The notes beneath the pieces were generated by a model, which saw only the letters and a list, made by a program, of their open reading frames with translations, ran no database searches and was not told the origin of the DNA. Source: Octopus vulgaris (lineage: Eukaryota). From it: DNA of 64,000 nucleotides. Shown piece by piece: positions 40,415-53,714 of the stretch. Position numbers and translations under genes: made by a program. Location of the stretch: positions 67,270,001 through 67,334,000 of the forward strand of contig OX597818.1 in the NCBI GenBank assembly GCA_951406725.2, written 5' to 3'. Position 1 is the stretch's first letter; each line of letters starts with the position of its first letter.

Positions 40415-41090
40415 CTTCAGCCAACTCGAAGAACAAGAAGCTTTGAAATGGTTTGCGACAAGTAACCTCTTATATGTTCTGAAGCAAGTTATATAGAATC
40501 GTGGAGATTATACACAACCATTTTGTTCTGCAGCCATTGATAATGAGGTAGCTTTTGATAACAATGGAAACCCAGCTGTGCTTCAGGATTATTAGTTAGG
40601 GAATACTTCAAACTTGCATACAAATTCTTAATAAACTCCAGCATCAGGAAGCATCATCTATAAGATTTCACACTGAAAGCAAATCAGTAAATATTGAAAG
40701 AGGTGTAAGAGAATAAGTTTTAATATCGCTCAACCTCTGTAAGGTTGCATTTGAAGGCAGCATTTACAAGCGTTACTGGAATGAGAAAAGGAATAAACAT
40801 GGTTATTAAGGAATTTTGCGCTTTGTTGAGAGCGTAGTCCACTTTGCAAATGGCAGTCAAGATATGGAATAAATGTTAAATGAACTGAAGTGAGAAGGAA
40901 AAGAGTTGGGAGGGAGAAATAAATGTGTAGAAAACGCGTGTCGTATTCAAAAGTCATATAACAACATCAACGAAAATACACTAAAAGACTCTGATAAATA
41001 TATGTATCTTGGAATAAAACATTACAGCGGAAGAAAATAGAAGAATCGAAGATGAATATTATGATTGGGGTAAATTACTTTGTACGTCCA
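40415..41090 (+). pseudogene. RTE-clade RT relic
   Basis: QLEEQEA…VLKQVI…DYTQP…IDNEVAFD…NIERGVRE…LRFVESVV resembles QP.EQAGF…EY..P…IDYEKAFD…I.RGVRQGD…LRFADDIV. Confidence 0.7.
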
Positions 41091-41169
41091 AAAATTGCAG
41101 GACAACAAATTCATAGTGGTGTACATGTGGAACCAGAGACCTAAAAACTCAAACCTTTTCCCTTCTGCA

Positions 41170-41860
41170 CGGGGTTCAGCAATACCAAACTTCTTTGTCT
41201 AATGAGTCGGCAGCCTCACCAGCTCCACCACCACATGCAAATCGTTTTGGGCCTTCAGACTCGCAGATAATGCTGCTATGAATCTCACTGTCGACGTAAA
41301 ATAATTATATTTAGCAGAACTTCTATGTCCTCCCCCACAACAGTGTCAGACGACTAGCAAGGAAACAAACAAATGATTGGATTTTTGTTTTGCGGCATGT
41401 GGTTCCCCTTCCTCAATGACTGAAAGGAGAGCGCTCTTTAACACATCCAGACACACTTTAAGAGTGACTGCATCATTAGTAAAATCTAAGTCAGTAATCT
41501 TAATTTTACCAATGAATGCACCACGACACGAACGATCTACCATTCTGATAAGTATACAATCCATGCACAATGTGAATCAAGGCACATCCCAAACTGACCC
41601 TTGGTCTAAATGGGAAAACAGACTGATGCCGATACCCAATCAGAACACCACATATATGCCACGGAATCCTCCACGTAGACATCTCTGTCCAACGAGTTGA
41701 AAGTCTGGCAGGGCCCGAAGCAATATGCAATGTAGATATCCATCCATTTTACGCGGCCTGATACAGTTGCTGCATGCTTGCCACTCTCACAAATCTTAAT
41801 ATAGTAAAAGGGATGATGGCGGTGAACTGGAAAAATCATTAACACTATCGGCAACATTAT
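41170..41860 (-). pseudogene. RTE-like RT relic
   Basis: GAFIGKIKITDLDFTNDAV resembles G..IG..KVTDLDFADDAV; upstream FP…V..GC.L. Confidence 0.65.
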
Positions 41861-41875
41861 TTTTCGCATCTCGAA

Positions 41876-42260
41876 GGCGGTGGGCTGGTAGAAACGTTAG
41901 CACGCTGGACGAAATTCTTTGGAGTATCTCGCCCGTCTCTACGTTCTGAGTTCAAATTTTGCTGAGGTTGACTTTGCCTTTCACCCTTCCGGGGTCGATA
42001 AAATAAATACCAGTTACGCGCTGACGTCGATGTAATCAACTTCCCCTTCCCATCAAATTTTCAGGCCTACTGCTTACAGTAGAAAGGATTATTAGTCGCA
42101 TCTCCTCTTCGTGTTCTGAGTTCAAATTCCATAGATGTATACATTTTTTTCATCCTTTCGATTACAATAATTAAGTAGCAATCAAACACTGGACTTGATG
42201 TAATCAACTTAACCCCGACAAGAAAATTACTGGTCTTGTACCAAAACTTGAAACCAATAT
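41876..42260 (+). mobile_element. SINE family A (one full copy plus one truncated copy)
   Basis: ggcggtgggctggtagaaacgttagcacgc…gttctgagttcaaatt…ttgactttgcctttcaccc. Confidence 0.8.
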
Positions 42261-42942
42261 ATTAATGATAATAACCATCGGTTTTATTCGAGGTTCTGTT
42301 TCTCACGTTACGGTGTATTGTATCATAATTAAAAGTATAATGAGTCATACAAGATGTAATCGGATATCTCCGTGTTGAAGTAATTTGGTCAGTTCAAACT
42401 ACTTGTAGTATAAACAAAATTGCACCAAAATATGTTATATCTAATACTCTACGTCATCAAGCTATGAATCTGCCAGAATTCTTATGACCAGCATTTTGAA
42501 TACGCCAATAGGCAATTCTTTCGTTATTCAGTTCAGAGAAATTGGTCATTCACAATTCATTATCTTGCTACTTTACATACTGGCGTAACATAGTCCGTTT
42601 TGCTGCCCGTAATGGTGAAGGGACTATTAATTATATATATATATTTATATATATACATATATATATATATATATGCCTGTGTGTGTATGTGTGTGGCACT
42701 TGCGTGCGTGAATGTACGCATGTATATATATACATACATATATTTAGACACACAGACGTATATATATATATATACATACAAATATTTAAAGGAAAATACA
42801 CACACACATAGAGATAAGTATATATTTGTAAAATGTATACACAGAGGCATCTATATTAGTGGTGTGAGTTTGTCTGTGTATGTGTGCGTGTGTGGACGTC
42901 TATAATGTTGCAAACCACATTCGCATTTACACACACACACAC

Positions 42943-42990
<48 letters not shown>

Positions 42991-43061
42991 GTATGCCCAT
43001 ATATATGAATATATATTTGTATATATTGACGTGTGTACGTATATACATGAATATACATTCA

Positions 43062-43096
<35 letters not shown>

Positions 43097-43550
43097 CACA
43101 CATATATATGTATGTATGTATATGTATAAACGTGTGTACGTGGGCATAAATATCATGTATGTAACTATGTATGTATGTATGCATTCTCTATGCATATATC
43201 AGTGTGTATGTAAGTATATCTCACAATCGCCAACGCACAAACGTACACGCGTATGTACATACGTAAATAGATATAAAAGTGAATTGTAATATGTTTCAAT
43301 ACAATCAATAGATGATATTAATATGCTTCCTTTGATGTCTGTACGGTGTGAGTGAAAAGTGTTATTACAGCATATAAATCATGTCCATAGTTAATATAGA
43401 GGGACAAGTAGCGGTTGCGAGACAGGGACGACTGGTTATTATTTTTACCCTGTGACCAACCAATACACGGCTCAAACATTGTCTGCGAGTAAGATATTAT
43501 TTTCAAGTGTATCTCTGTATTACTTTCTCTCTCTTCACCCTTTTTGTTTT

Positions 43551-43596
<46 letters not shown>

Positions 43597-43739
43597 CTAT
43601 ATATATATATGTGAGGGTGTGTGTGTGTGTGTGTGTATGTATGTATATATATATATATTCATATATATATATATATGTATGTACATATATATATGTGTAT
43701 ATATATATACACATATATGTGTGTGTATATATATGTATA

Positions 43740-43823
<84 letters not shown>

Positions 43824-43861
43824 TAAAATCTATCTATTTTTTCATAGCGTTTTTTCAGATT

Positions 43862-43930
43862 GCCAGATAACCGAGTAGATGGTGTTGTGGATTTCCACTT
43901 CGGCATCCGAAACTCAGAGTTTTATCTTGG
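43862..43930 (+). ncRNA. degenerate hammerhead motif (C4 variant)
   Basis: Stem I AGATAA/TTATCT extendable by GCC/GGC; core CCGAGTA (degenerate); stem II GATG…GTGGA-TT-TCCAC…CATC; GAA-ACTC-A-GAGT-T cleavage triplet GTT. Confidence 0.45.
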
Positions 43931-43953
43931 CTATTGAATAATGGTAACATATT

Positions 43954-44040
<87 letters not shown>

Positions 44041-44124
44041 ACATACATTTACATATATCTATCTATACAAATATATATATCTACATATATTTATATAAGC
44101 ACACATACACGTATAATCTATTTT

Positions 44125-44161
<37 letters not shown>

Positions 44162-44570
44162 ATATAGAGAGAGACAGTGAGAGAGGTAAATGGATAGATA
44201 GATAGATAGAGAGAGAGATAGATAGAGAGAGAGATACATGAATTTGCATATTGAATATGCAAAGAATTATCATCATTCTGTGGTGTCGAATGTCGGCCAT
44301 CTTGATAGCAGCAAGGGTCTTTGGGCGGAAGGTTCAAACGATAATTCTAACTCTTTAACTTTAAGTGTTACCTACCGATTCCGAAATTTCATTCCTTTGA
44401 GTTGAGGCTTTCTTACTCTGTTGCTTCCCTTTAGTCCCTCCTACCATTTACTAAATGTTGCTTGCCCTCTCCCTCAACTTATGTATGAATTACCGATTTA
44501 AATGTAAGTTTCCGTGCTCCTGTTCAAGGAATTGAAGCAACAAGTTTTACAATGGGGCTGGACCTCAAAT

Positions 44571-44625
<55 letters not shown>

Positions 44626-44632
<7 letters not shown>

Positions 44633-44867
44633 AAATGGAAAGATGAATTATCTCGTTACGGATTATTCAAAAGTTTAACCGATACCTGGGTAGCAAAAAT
44701 CACAGCAGAAACAACACGGTTGGAGTTATGACCATAGGGTGTTGCAACCGTGCGTTGGCGCGGATAATTGAAGTTTAATATAATTAGTGAATGGAAGAAA
44801 TGGAGCTGAACGAAGATTCTACAGAATTCCTTTTATTCTTTATAAAAGGAATTCTGTAGAATCTTCG

Positions 44868-44871
<4 letters not shown>
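44626..44871 (-). mobile_element. PLE-like tail (same family as 8851-9015) with short inverted 5' end
   Basis: 44783-44836 matches 8851-8905; 44807-44836 is inverted at 44841-44871; flanked by (TA)n. Confidence 0.7.
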
Positions 44872-44919
<48 letters not shown>

Positions 44920-45000
44920 TACATACATATATACATATATACATATATATATACATATATATACCTACATATATACATACATATATATACATACATACAT

Positions 45001-45048
<48 letters not shown>

Positions 45049-45459
45049 AATGTAGGATAAAAGCCTTTCGAAAAAAATTTTTATCAATGGCCAGCATATT
45101 AAAAAATTCCTTTAAAGGTTAAATTATAAACAACTTATAAATAAGGGCAAACGAAAAAATTTCTAATATCAAATATGCCGAAAATTGGACATATTGTCCA
45201 TTTACCATATAATTTTTTTTTCCCAGTACGCACGCTACCCGAAAAAAGGTCGACAGAAATCTCTAAAAATATTCCATTATTACCATATCGGACCGATTTC
45301 AGGGTTAGTTCAAAAAGAACCCCCGCTTTGTCAGTGATACATGTGGCAAAGAAGTAAATGAGATACTTACTCATATCCATGGAAGAAGCAAACACTAAGT
45401 CATGAGCACAACTAAGTACCCCAAATAAATCCAAAATAGAAATTTTCCAGCCCATTCAA

Positions 45460-45970
45460 GACACGTGCGAGTTGTTGAAGATGACAATGAACAGTTGTAT
45501 GGTTTGAACTAAGCTTTATTGCCAATTCTTCAACTGATAATGCAAGATTTTCTTCAAGTAATGCCTCAAGGAGCTTATCATCCAACTCAAATTGACGTCC
45601 TTTTCGATCTTCACCTTCAAGGCTGAAATCTTCACTTCTGAATTTTGCAAACCATCTTCTGCAAGTTCTTTCTTTCAAGCATTCTTTCCCTTAAACTGAG
45701 TGTATATTTCGAGTCGCTTCGGCTGCAGACTTCCCTTTTTTATACTCATAAAGCATTATGTGCCTCAAATGCTCATTGGATACTTCCATGTTAGAATGGG
45801 ATTTAATCAAAGACATTTTAATTCTGTTATTCTGTAAAATAATATTTAATTTCTTTAAATCTACACACATCCATACAAATAATTTTTAATTCCATCAGAC
45901 ATTCTAAAATTCTTTTAAATTTCATTCCATTTAAAAAAAAGGTAAAATCGGTCTGAACCAATTGGATGAC

Positions 45971-45974
<4 letters not shown>
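45460..45974 (-). mobile_element. mariner (Tc1/mariner) transposon 5' half, transposase pseudogene
   Basis: TA + TCAGGTCATCCAAT terminus; ATG at 45789 (MEVSNEHLRHIMLYEY…), frameshifted to ERTCRRWFAKFRSEDFSLE…R.GR…L..LLEEN…S.EELA.KL…TV..HL.QL. Confidence 0.85.
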
Positions 45975-46039
<65 letters not shown>

Positions 46040-46161
46040 TCACAATCAAGGAACGGCCATAATAGGCCATTCACCCACTAGAAATAACAGCCAAAAGCTT
46101 TAACCGCAAAATAACATTAATACCGTAAACCAGGAGAAAATTGAAAAACTTTTACCCTGTA

Positions 46162-46268
46162 ATTTCTTAGACGATGCACCGTTTCATCTACCGTTTAATG
46201 GTAAACTAACCTGATTAAATTAAATCAAGCCAATCCACCATAGGCCCTTAGACTCATCAGTAAGAAAT
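46162..46268 (-). ncRNA. type I hammerhead ribozyme (inverted unit)
   Basis: Reverse complement of 47327-47433. Confidence 0.8.
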
Positions 46269-46840
46269 AGCCAAATCGGGACAGATATTTTTCACGAGGC
46301 ATTCCTCTTGCTGCCTCGGCAGTATCTGACCTAAAATTTTCAAATCGTCGCACTCGCGCCAAATTTATCGGCAGCAAAAGAACCACCGATTCCGTTACGG
46401 AACTAACCAGAAAATTCATAATTAATCAATATAGGGTGGCAAAAAAATTTTGTAGAATTCTTTTGCCACCAGCGGCCTAGTAGGAAAAAATTAAATAGTC
46501 ATAAACCATTTTTTACGTTCAACATCAGCTTTTGGCTGTTATTTCTAGTGGGTGAATGGCCTATTATGGCCGTTCCTTGATTGTGATGTTGAACGTAAAA
46601 ATGGTTTATGACTATTTAATTTTTTCCTACTAGGCCGCTGGTGGCAAAAGAATTCTACAAAATTTTTTGCCACCCTATATTGATTAATTATGAATTTTCT
46701 GGTTAGTTCCGTAACGGAATCGGTGGTTCTTTTGCTGCCGATAAATTTGGCGCGAGTGCGACGATTTGAAAATTTTAGGTCAGATACTGCCGAGGCAGCA
46801 AGAGGAATGCCTCGTGAAAAATATCTGTCCCGATTTGGCT

Positions 46841-46948
46841 ATTTCTTACTGATGAGTCTAAGGGCCTATGGTTGGATTGGCTTGATTTAATTTAATCAGG
46901 TTAGTTTACCATTAAACGGTAGATGAAACGGTGCATCGTCTAAGAAAT
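46841..46948 (+). ncRNA. type I hammerhead ribozyme, tandem unit 1
   Basis: Stem I ATTTCTTA/TAAGAAAT (8 bp); CTGATGA 46849-46855; stem II GTCTA/TAGAT with long insertion; GAAAC; stem III ACGGT-GC-ATCGT; cleavage after GTC at 46940. Confidence 0.85.
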
Positions 46949-47326
46949 TACAGGGTAAAAGTTTTTCAATTTTCTCCTGGTTTACGGTATTAATGTTATT
47001 TTGCGGTTAAAGCTTTTGGCTGTTATTTCTAGTGGGTGAATGGCCTATTATGGCCGTTCCTTGATTGTGATGTTGAACGTAAAAATGGTTTATGACTATT
47101 TAATTTTTTCCTACTAGGCCGCTGGTGGCAAAAGAATTCTACAAAATTTTTTTTGCCACCCTATATTGATTAATTATGAATTTTCTGGTTAGTTCCGTAA
47201 CGGAATCGGTGGTTCTTTTGCTGCCGATAAATTTGGCGCGAGTGCGACGATTTGAAAATTTTAGGTCAGATACTGCCGAGGCAGCAAGAGGAATGCCTCG
47301 TGAAAAATATCTGTCCCGATTTGGCT

Positions 47327-47433
47327 ATTTCTTACTGATGAGTCTAAGGGCCTATGGTGGATTGGCTTGATTTAATTTAATCAGGTTAGTTTACCATTAA
47401 ACGGTAGATGAAACGGTGCATCGTCTAAGAAAT
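47327..47433 (+). ncRNA. type I hammerhead ribozyme, tandem unit 2
   Basis: Same fold; CTGATGA 47335-47341; cleavage after GTC at 47425. Confidence 0.85.
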
Positions 47434-47654
47434 TACAGGGTAAAAGTTTTTCAATTTTCTCCTGGTTTACGGTATTAATGTTATTTTGCGGTTAAAGCTT
47501 TTGGCTGTTATTTCTAGTGGGTGAATGGCCTATTATGGCCGTTCCTTGATTGTGATGTTGAACGTAAAAATGGTTTATGACTATTTAATTTTTTCCTACT
47601 AGGCCGCTGGTGGCAAAAAGAATTCTACAAAATTTTTTTGCCACCCTATATTGA

Positions 47655-47707
<53 letters not shown>

Positions 47708-47759
47708 CACACTGACGTAAATCATGCAGTTAGCTTGCCATATAATATGCATCGATTTT

Positions 47760-48790
47760 ATGAAACCTCAAGATTTGCTGGTTAATCACATAATCGTTTT
47801 AATCTATAAAAATGCTGCATTCATAGCAAGGCAAGAAAGGAGGAATGTATTTTCCTGGTAAAACAGAAGTAAAAGTGTCTTTTTAATATTGAGTTCCCAT
47901 CAGATGAATGCAGCTTTACTCTTTTGCTTGTAGAGAGTATCATTACTGTTTCAATCTTAAAGCTCCGTAGAGCAGAATAATTTGTTCCATTCTACTTCTG
48001 TGAAGTGAGTCACAATGTTTCTCGGAGTCGGAGAGGATCAGCATAACTGAAAGATAGTTTTCCTGAAACACATTTATAAAACGTTGTTAATATTTGACAA
48101 GCTGTCAAGTGTTTCTCTCCGAAGTCTATCAGGTTTCTACGAAAAACTTTCTCCTTCTTCGTCTCTAAAACATTGTCTCTGTTTATGTAATGTATCATAG
48201 CTGCCATAGCTGTGAGTGATATACCTTAGTAATTCTGCACTCATATTAAGTCACATTCTTTTTAAGAAAGAAAGAATGCAGCCTTCTCATCAATTACTGA
48301 CAGATTTTATGGTAAACTGCTCATTTGCAAATGTATATTATTAAATGCTTTAAATTTCCAGATGCTGGAGGACCGTTGTACGCACCAGATGCCATCCTCA
48401 TTTAGAGTTGAGTTTGAATCTCGGAAAATTAATCTGATGCGTGAAGTTATTGACTTTGGTAATATGTTAATCTGAACAAGTTTCTAGTTAATGATGAGAG
48501 CTCCCTAATCCATAGATAGACACCCGAGGCTTTTTATTCTGTCTAATTTTAATTTTCTAGTCACTGATTTCATTAACACACTGTTGATTGTCAGTGCAAA
48601 GAGTAATGAGATGGATTTTAACTTGAACGTAGTTTTCTTCCTTTAATGTGGATCTGGTAATGAATTCACCGCTTTGTTTTCTTTCCAATGGGTAGTAGTT
48701 TCTTCTGGAAGGATTCAGTGTTCTAAATCGGCTGTTGCATAGTTATTACCGAGTTTGTCATTATCTGTTTTAGATTACCATCTTGCTTTT
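47760..48790 (-). pseudogene. highly degenerate CR1/L2-like RT relic
   Basis: Weak motifs (SYADP; NY..L…K.ET.MIL…K..KL); many stops. Confidence 0.3.
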
Positions 48791-50132
48791 CTCAATACGA
48801 TTTTGAAAAAAAAAATATTATTACACAAAAATATCACGTAAAACAAGTTTTATAAGTCGTATGAGGACAGTTGATTCCGATTTCTGCTTCAATCCGTTCA
48901 ATCGCTTTTTTTTAACCGGTTACGATTTAAAATATTTTGGTTCCTCTATGTCAGGCACTGGAGTCTTGTCGTGTGGTTGATCCTATTGCTGACCAGTGAA
49001 GGTTTCGTGTTTATTGGAGAACAGATAACAAAGTGAGTTAACGGAAGGTCAGTTAACACACGCATACACACACAAACATTAACACACACACAAACATAGA
49101 CGCTGACGTGTGCTTATATTCCTGTACGTTTGTAACGTTGTGCGTTTTCTGATATGTTTGGAACCGATTGTTGTTGTTGGCCAGAATATTTGCAGTGGGT
49201 GCTGGGCGCGTGGGACTGAAACCGGAACCGTGTATTTGGGAAGCAAGCTTCTAAGCTCAAAAGTGCATTGAAGAAAGAGAGATATGAGCAGCGTCGGTTG
49301 GTCCATTTGCATGCGAATTAACAATGGTTGGTTTATGTAATTCAACACAAAAGGGTTAAAATTTGTGAGGCCCCATGTATAATGCGGAGATGAAAACATT
49401 AATTTCTCCAGATGCTTACAACTTGTGAAAGTTTAAGATCTATAATTGAGTCGGGTGAATTCTTAGATTTAAAAGAGACATGCGACCTTTCGTCCATACA
49501 CTTCCGACACATTCTTGACCCATTCATGTGTAAAGTGAAGCTTCGTAAGATGATTTCCTTGGTGGATTTTGAGGCTGTTGTTGACTGAGAAGTACGGCAT
49601 ATGGCTAGTTAAATTAGTGGATTTCTTCTTGTTTACGTATCAGTAAGAAGACAGGTGCTTGGCTCCTTTGACTTATACAATAACTTTCGAATTTACATAT
49701 TCATTTGAATTTCTTTATTTTGTTGGGTTGTTATAATACGAACATCTTAAACCACAAACCTATCAATACATCCTCGGTCGAGGTGGCAGATATCTGCTTC
49801 TCTACAGTTACAGAGTAAGTATTTTATGTTGTGCTTTGAGTTAGAAGTGTCGACCAGTGCAGGCTGATAAAAACATTCTCTTGCCTATTGCTATACAGTA
49901 TATGCTTACCTATTCACCCAAGGTATTTACTACATTATTATGCACTTTATATATATATATATGTATATGTATATATATGTGTATATATATATACATATAT
50001 ATACATATATATACATATATATATGCATGTATGTATGTATATATATGCATGTATGTATATATATATATACATATATATATATGTATATATATGTATATAT
50101 ATGCATATATATATATGTATATATATATATGC

Positions 50133-50163
<31 letters not shown>

Positions 50164-50977
50164 CATCTGTATATATACATATATATATGTAAATATATAT
50201 AATCGTTTAGGTCACCAGTGAATTAAACCCATACTTTGTATATATATATATATATATATACATAACAGAGCAAAATACGTATACAGATTGATATGATTAC
50301 CAAGAAACATATGGACATAGGCATATAATACCCACCTGTCCATTATTTCATGATTCTATGATAATTTAATTAAATTCCTGTTAAAAAAAGAATGATGTCT
50401 ATTTCTTCCGCCGTGAAACATACAGTTAATTGAGGTATAGGCGCATATATTTTTTTATATATGTGTATCTGCGTGTACACGTGTATACAAACATGCACTT
50501 TTAGGATCTTTGGTTCGTTTAATGATGCTCGATCTAATGTCAGTGTTTTTTGTGTCTATATACACACCAATACATTCAGAATTTTTATGTTTATTCATAC
50601 ATGTGCTGCTATTTTAAATGTCAAAATATGTTGCTTATTTATGTGGAGGCGTCAATCTTTGTATGTGAACATTCAAAAGTGTATTTAAAATAACGAATGC
50701 AAATATCTACGCATTTGTATAACTTTCAATGGAAATACGAAGCATTTTATGAGTGTTCACATATACACACATACGTATCTATATTCCGATAGAAATGTGT
50801 GGGAGTGTGTGATAATATATTGCCTTAATACCTGACATATTCTCCAAGGACAATAATATTGCAGGTGTGTTTATACCTGTATATCCCAGCGTTTGTGAGT
50901 AATTCATTTTATATATGTTCAACTGGAATGTTTCTGCATGTAATAATATATAAATATAAATAAATATATATATATGT

Positions 50978-51027
<50 letters not shown>

Positions 51028-51122
51028 CTCGGTGTCTGTATGTGACTAAATATTTGCTTCTATGAATGGAAGAAAATGTATATATAGACAAATAAATATG
51101 TACAGCCATACAAGCAACATAT

Positions 51123-51194
<72 letters not shown>

Positions 51195-52102
51195 ATGTTT
51201 ATGTGTATATATATGTATATATGTTTAGAAACGTATCAAACATACAGAGTCGTGCACCTATATAAACAAACACATACTCTACTTTCATTAGTTCTCTCAC
51301 TCATGTGTATGCAAATGTGTGTGTGTGTATATGTGTGTATGTATTTGTGTATATATATGAATGCCAGGCAATGTGAATATGGGTTTCGTTGCTCTAACAA
51401 AATGTGTACAGTTAGCAAAAGTCTGTCTTCGATTTCGCATGAATATTTGTATCTGTCTATGAGGATGCCTTAATGCACTTATATTTATTTAGATGTTTAC
51501 TTGCTGGTGCGTTCATTTCTGTGATTGTTTGTGTACACATAGAATGCATTCACAATAAAACCACGGAGAAATCTAAAACTCTTACATCGAGGATTCCTTT
51601 CCATTGAATTAGTTAAACAAAGACATTTAATAGGCGATACGTATTGTTGTTTTATTGTTTTAACAGCCTGTGTTGTGGTTTGGCTCATGAAAATACTCTG
51701 GCTTCTGTATTTCGCTTTCACATTTCTAAGATGTGTCAAGTAAATAGGTGTAAGTTTTAATTGACATTCACATCAGAACACACAAAAGAATTTCAAATTA
51801 ATTAATCTGTTCAGTTTGCTGAAGCAATAAGTTTTGTTTTTACAGAATGCGTGTGAGATTCTGCAACTAAATAATTCTCGCATACAAACACGACCATCGA
51901 CACCCAACACACACTCACTCACACACACACACTCACACACAAAAACACACACATACACATGCACACACAGAAACAATAAATATTCTCGCATGGACATATT
52001 AAAGCCTATACGCTAATACGCTTATATAAATATACAATCACACCTTTCATGGCTCCACATACATTCCTACACATATTCGAGGAAGAAGGATTTGGGATAT
52101 GA

Positions 52103-52283
<181 letters not shown>

Positions 52284-52454
52284 TATACATACATACACAC
52301 AAAAATAGGTGAATCGATAAATAAATAGAAAGATACAGAGAAATAAATAGAGAGATCAATTATGCTAATTTCATACATGTCTCGTCTTAATGTTGGATCC
52401 ACACGTGTGTAAATATGCATATGTATTTCTGTTCTATGTTTTAAATATTATAGA

Positions 52455-53060
52455 TCTTCTACTGACCAGGAAGCCGCTTTCAAACAAAGATGCGAGGCTC
52501 CATCTTTTGGATGTAGTTAACACAGAAAAATTCACATTTGTAACTTGAGAAATGTCTTGCGTATTTCTGCTGTTCCACTCACAGATAGATTTTCCAATGT
52601 ACGAATCAGCCAGTCAGTTTCTCTTTCTGAATATCCCATCTGATCCAGATTTTCCATTAAGCATTTACTAAAAAAGGGTAGTACTTATGTAAGTATGTAT
52701 GTATTTGTGTGTTTGTGTGTGTGTGTGTATGTGTGTGTGTGTGTGTATGTATAAAACTATTTTTTCTAGTTATTATAAATCTTCCACTGAGGAGGGAGCC
52801 CGTTTCCAACAAAGAGTCAAGGCTCCATCTTTGTGATGTAGTTAATACAGACAATTTCACATCAGGAACTTGCATATTTTTACTGATCCGTTCATAGATT
52901 GTACTTGTAATGTACGAATCCGCCAGTCAATTTCTCTTTCTGAAAATCCCAATTTATCCAGATTCTCATTTAAGCATTTACTATCAAAACCTAGTGCTCC
53001 AATTATTATTGGTATGAATATGAGCCTATAGTCTGGATGCAGAAGCTGGGGTTTCGAAGC
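52455..53060 (-). mobile_element. two tandem 3' ends of an R4/Dong-like RLE non-LTR element (52455-52670; 52755-53060)
   Basis: IPIIIGALGFDSKCLNENLDKLG…LQ…GSVKICK resembles the PV.IGALG…GT.KIL C-terminus; 3' UTR duplicated with divergence. Confidence 0.6.
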
Positions 53061-53134
53061 AGTTATATGTATGTGCATTTGTATCTTTGTACATTGCCGT
53101 TAATATATATTGCTAATTATAATTGCCATACTAA

Positions 53135-53343
53135 TATTGGTTTCAAATTTTGGTTCAAGGCCTGCAATTTTGTGGGTGGCATGAATCGATTTCATGGACC
53201 CAATGCCCACTTATTATATATAGATCTCGAAAGTCTAAAAGTCAAAGACGACCACGGTAGAACTTCAACTCAGAACCTCCGGACGGATCAAGTACGGCTA
53301 TGCATTTTGCCTGGCGTGCTAACGATTCTGCCAGCTTGCCGGC
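53135..53343 (-). mobile_element. SINE family A (degenerate)
   Basis: cctggcgtgctaacgattctgccagct head on the minus strand. Confidence 0.65.
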
Positions 53344-53714
53344 ATAAGTGGCGTAACTAATATTACTCCCCTAACCCCCACCGGGTTTGTCACAATACAA
53401 CATCATTACCATCGCCTTCGTTATCAACGACAAAAAGATTCCGCGTAGTTGCTGATTTGATGCAACGCCAGTCTGGTTGCTTAACTGCATCCAGCCAGTT
53501 TCTGAGTTCAAATCTTATCATGTCAGAAAAAATATCAATACATTTCTTTAAACAAGGGAAATCTTGATTACGAATAGATTCAATGGTTGTTGCATATGGA
53601 TTGTAAAAGATGGACGGGCAAACGAGTTGCACAAGTATGTATTTAGGTCATGTTATATCCTAGATTTAATAGTTCATAACGTTTCATATTCTGGTTTATC
53701 CAATGTTGGTTGTA

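Larger units (their letters stand above)
46038..47659. mobile_element. retrozyme/PLE-pLTR-like element: one inverted unit (46038-46527, -) plus ~2.3 tandem ~485-bp units (46527-47659, +), in (TA)n
   Basis: agcttttggctg recurs at 46527, 47011 and 47496; copies differ only by short indels; no transposase or RT ORF. Confidence 0.85.

Noticed and set aside
47176-47370. 64-aa ORF repeated three times in the 485-bp unit
   Set aside because: Identity simply reflects the repeat; no recognisable motif, overlaps the ribozyme, and one copy is frameshifted. Not called as CDS, although translation cannot be excluded.
46038-47659. CRISPR array or LTR retrotransposon interpretation
   Set aside because: No short repeat/unique spacer pattern; no TG…CA ends, PBS/PPT or internal domain.
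52787-52826. CTGAGGA followed by a GGAGCC/GGCTCC stem
   Set aside because: No GAAA or stem III after the stem in either copy; better explained as a LINE 3' UTR hairpin on the other strand.
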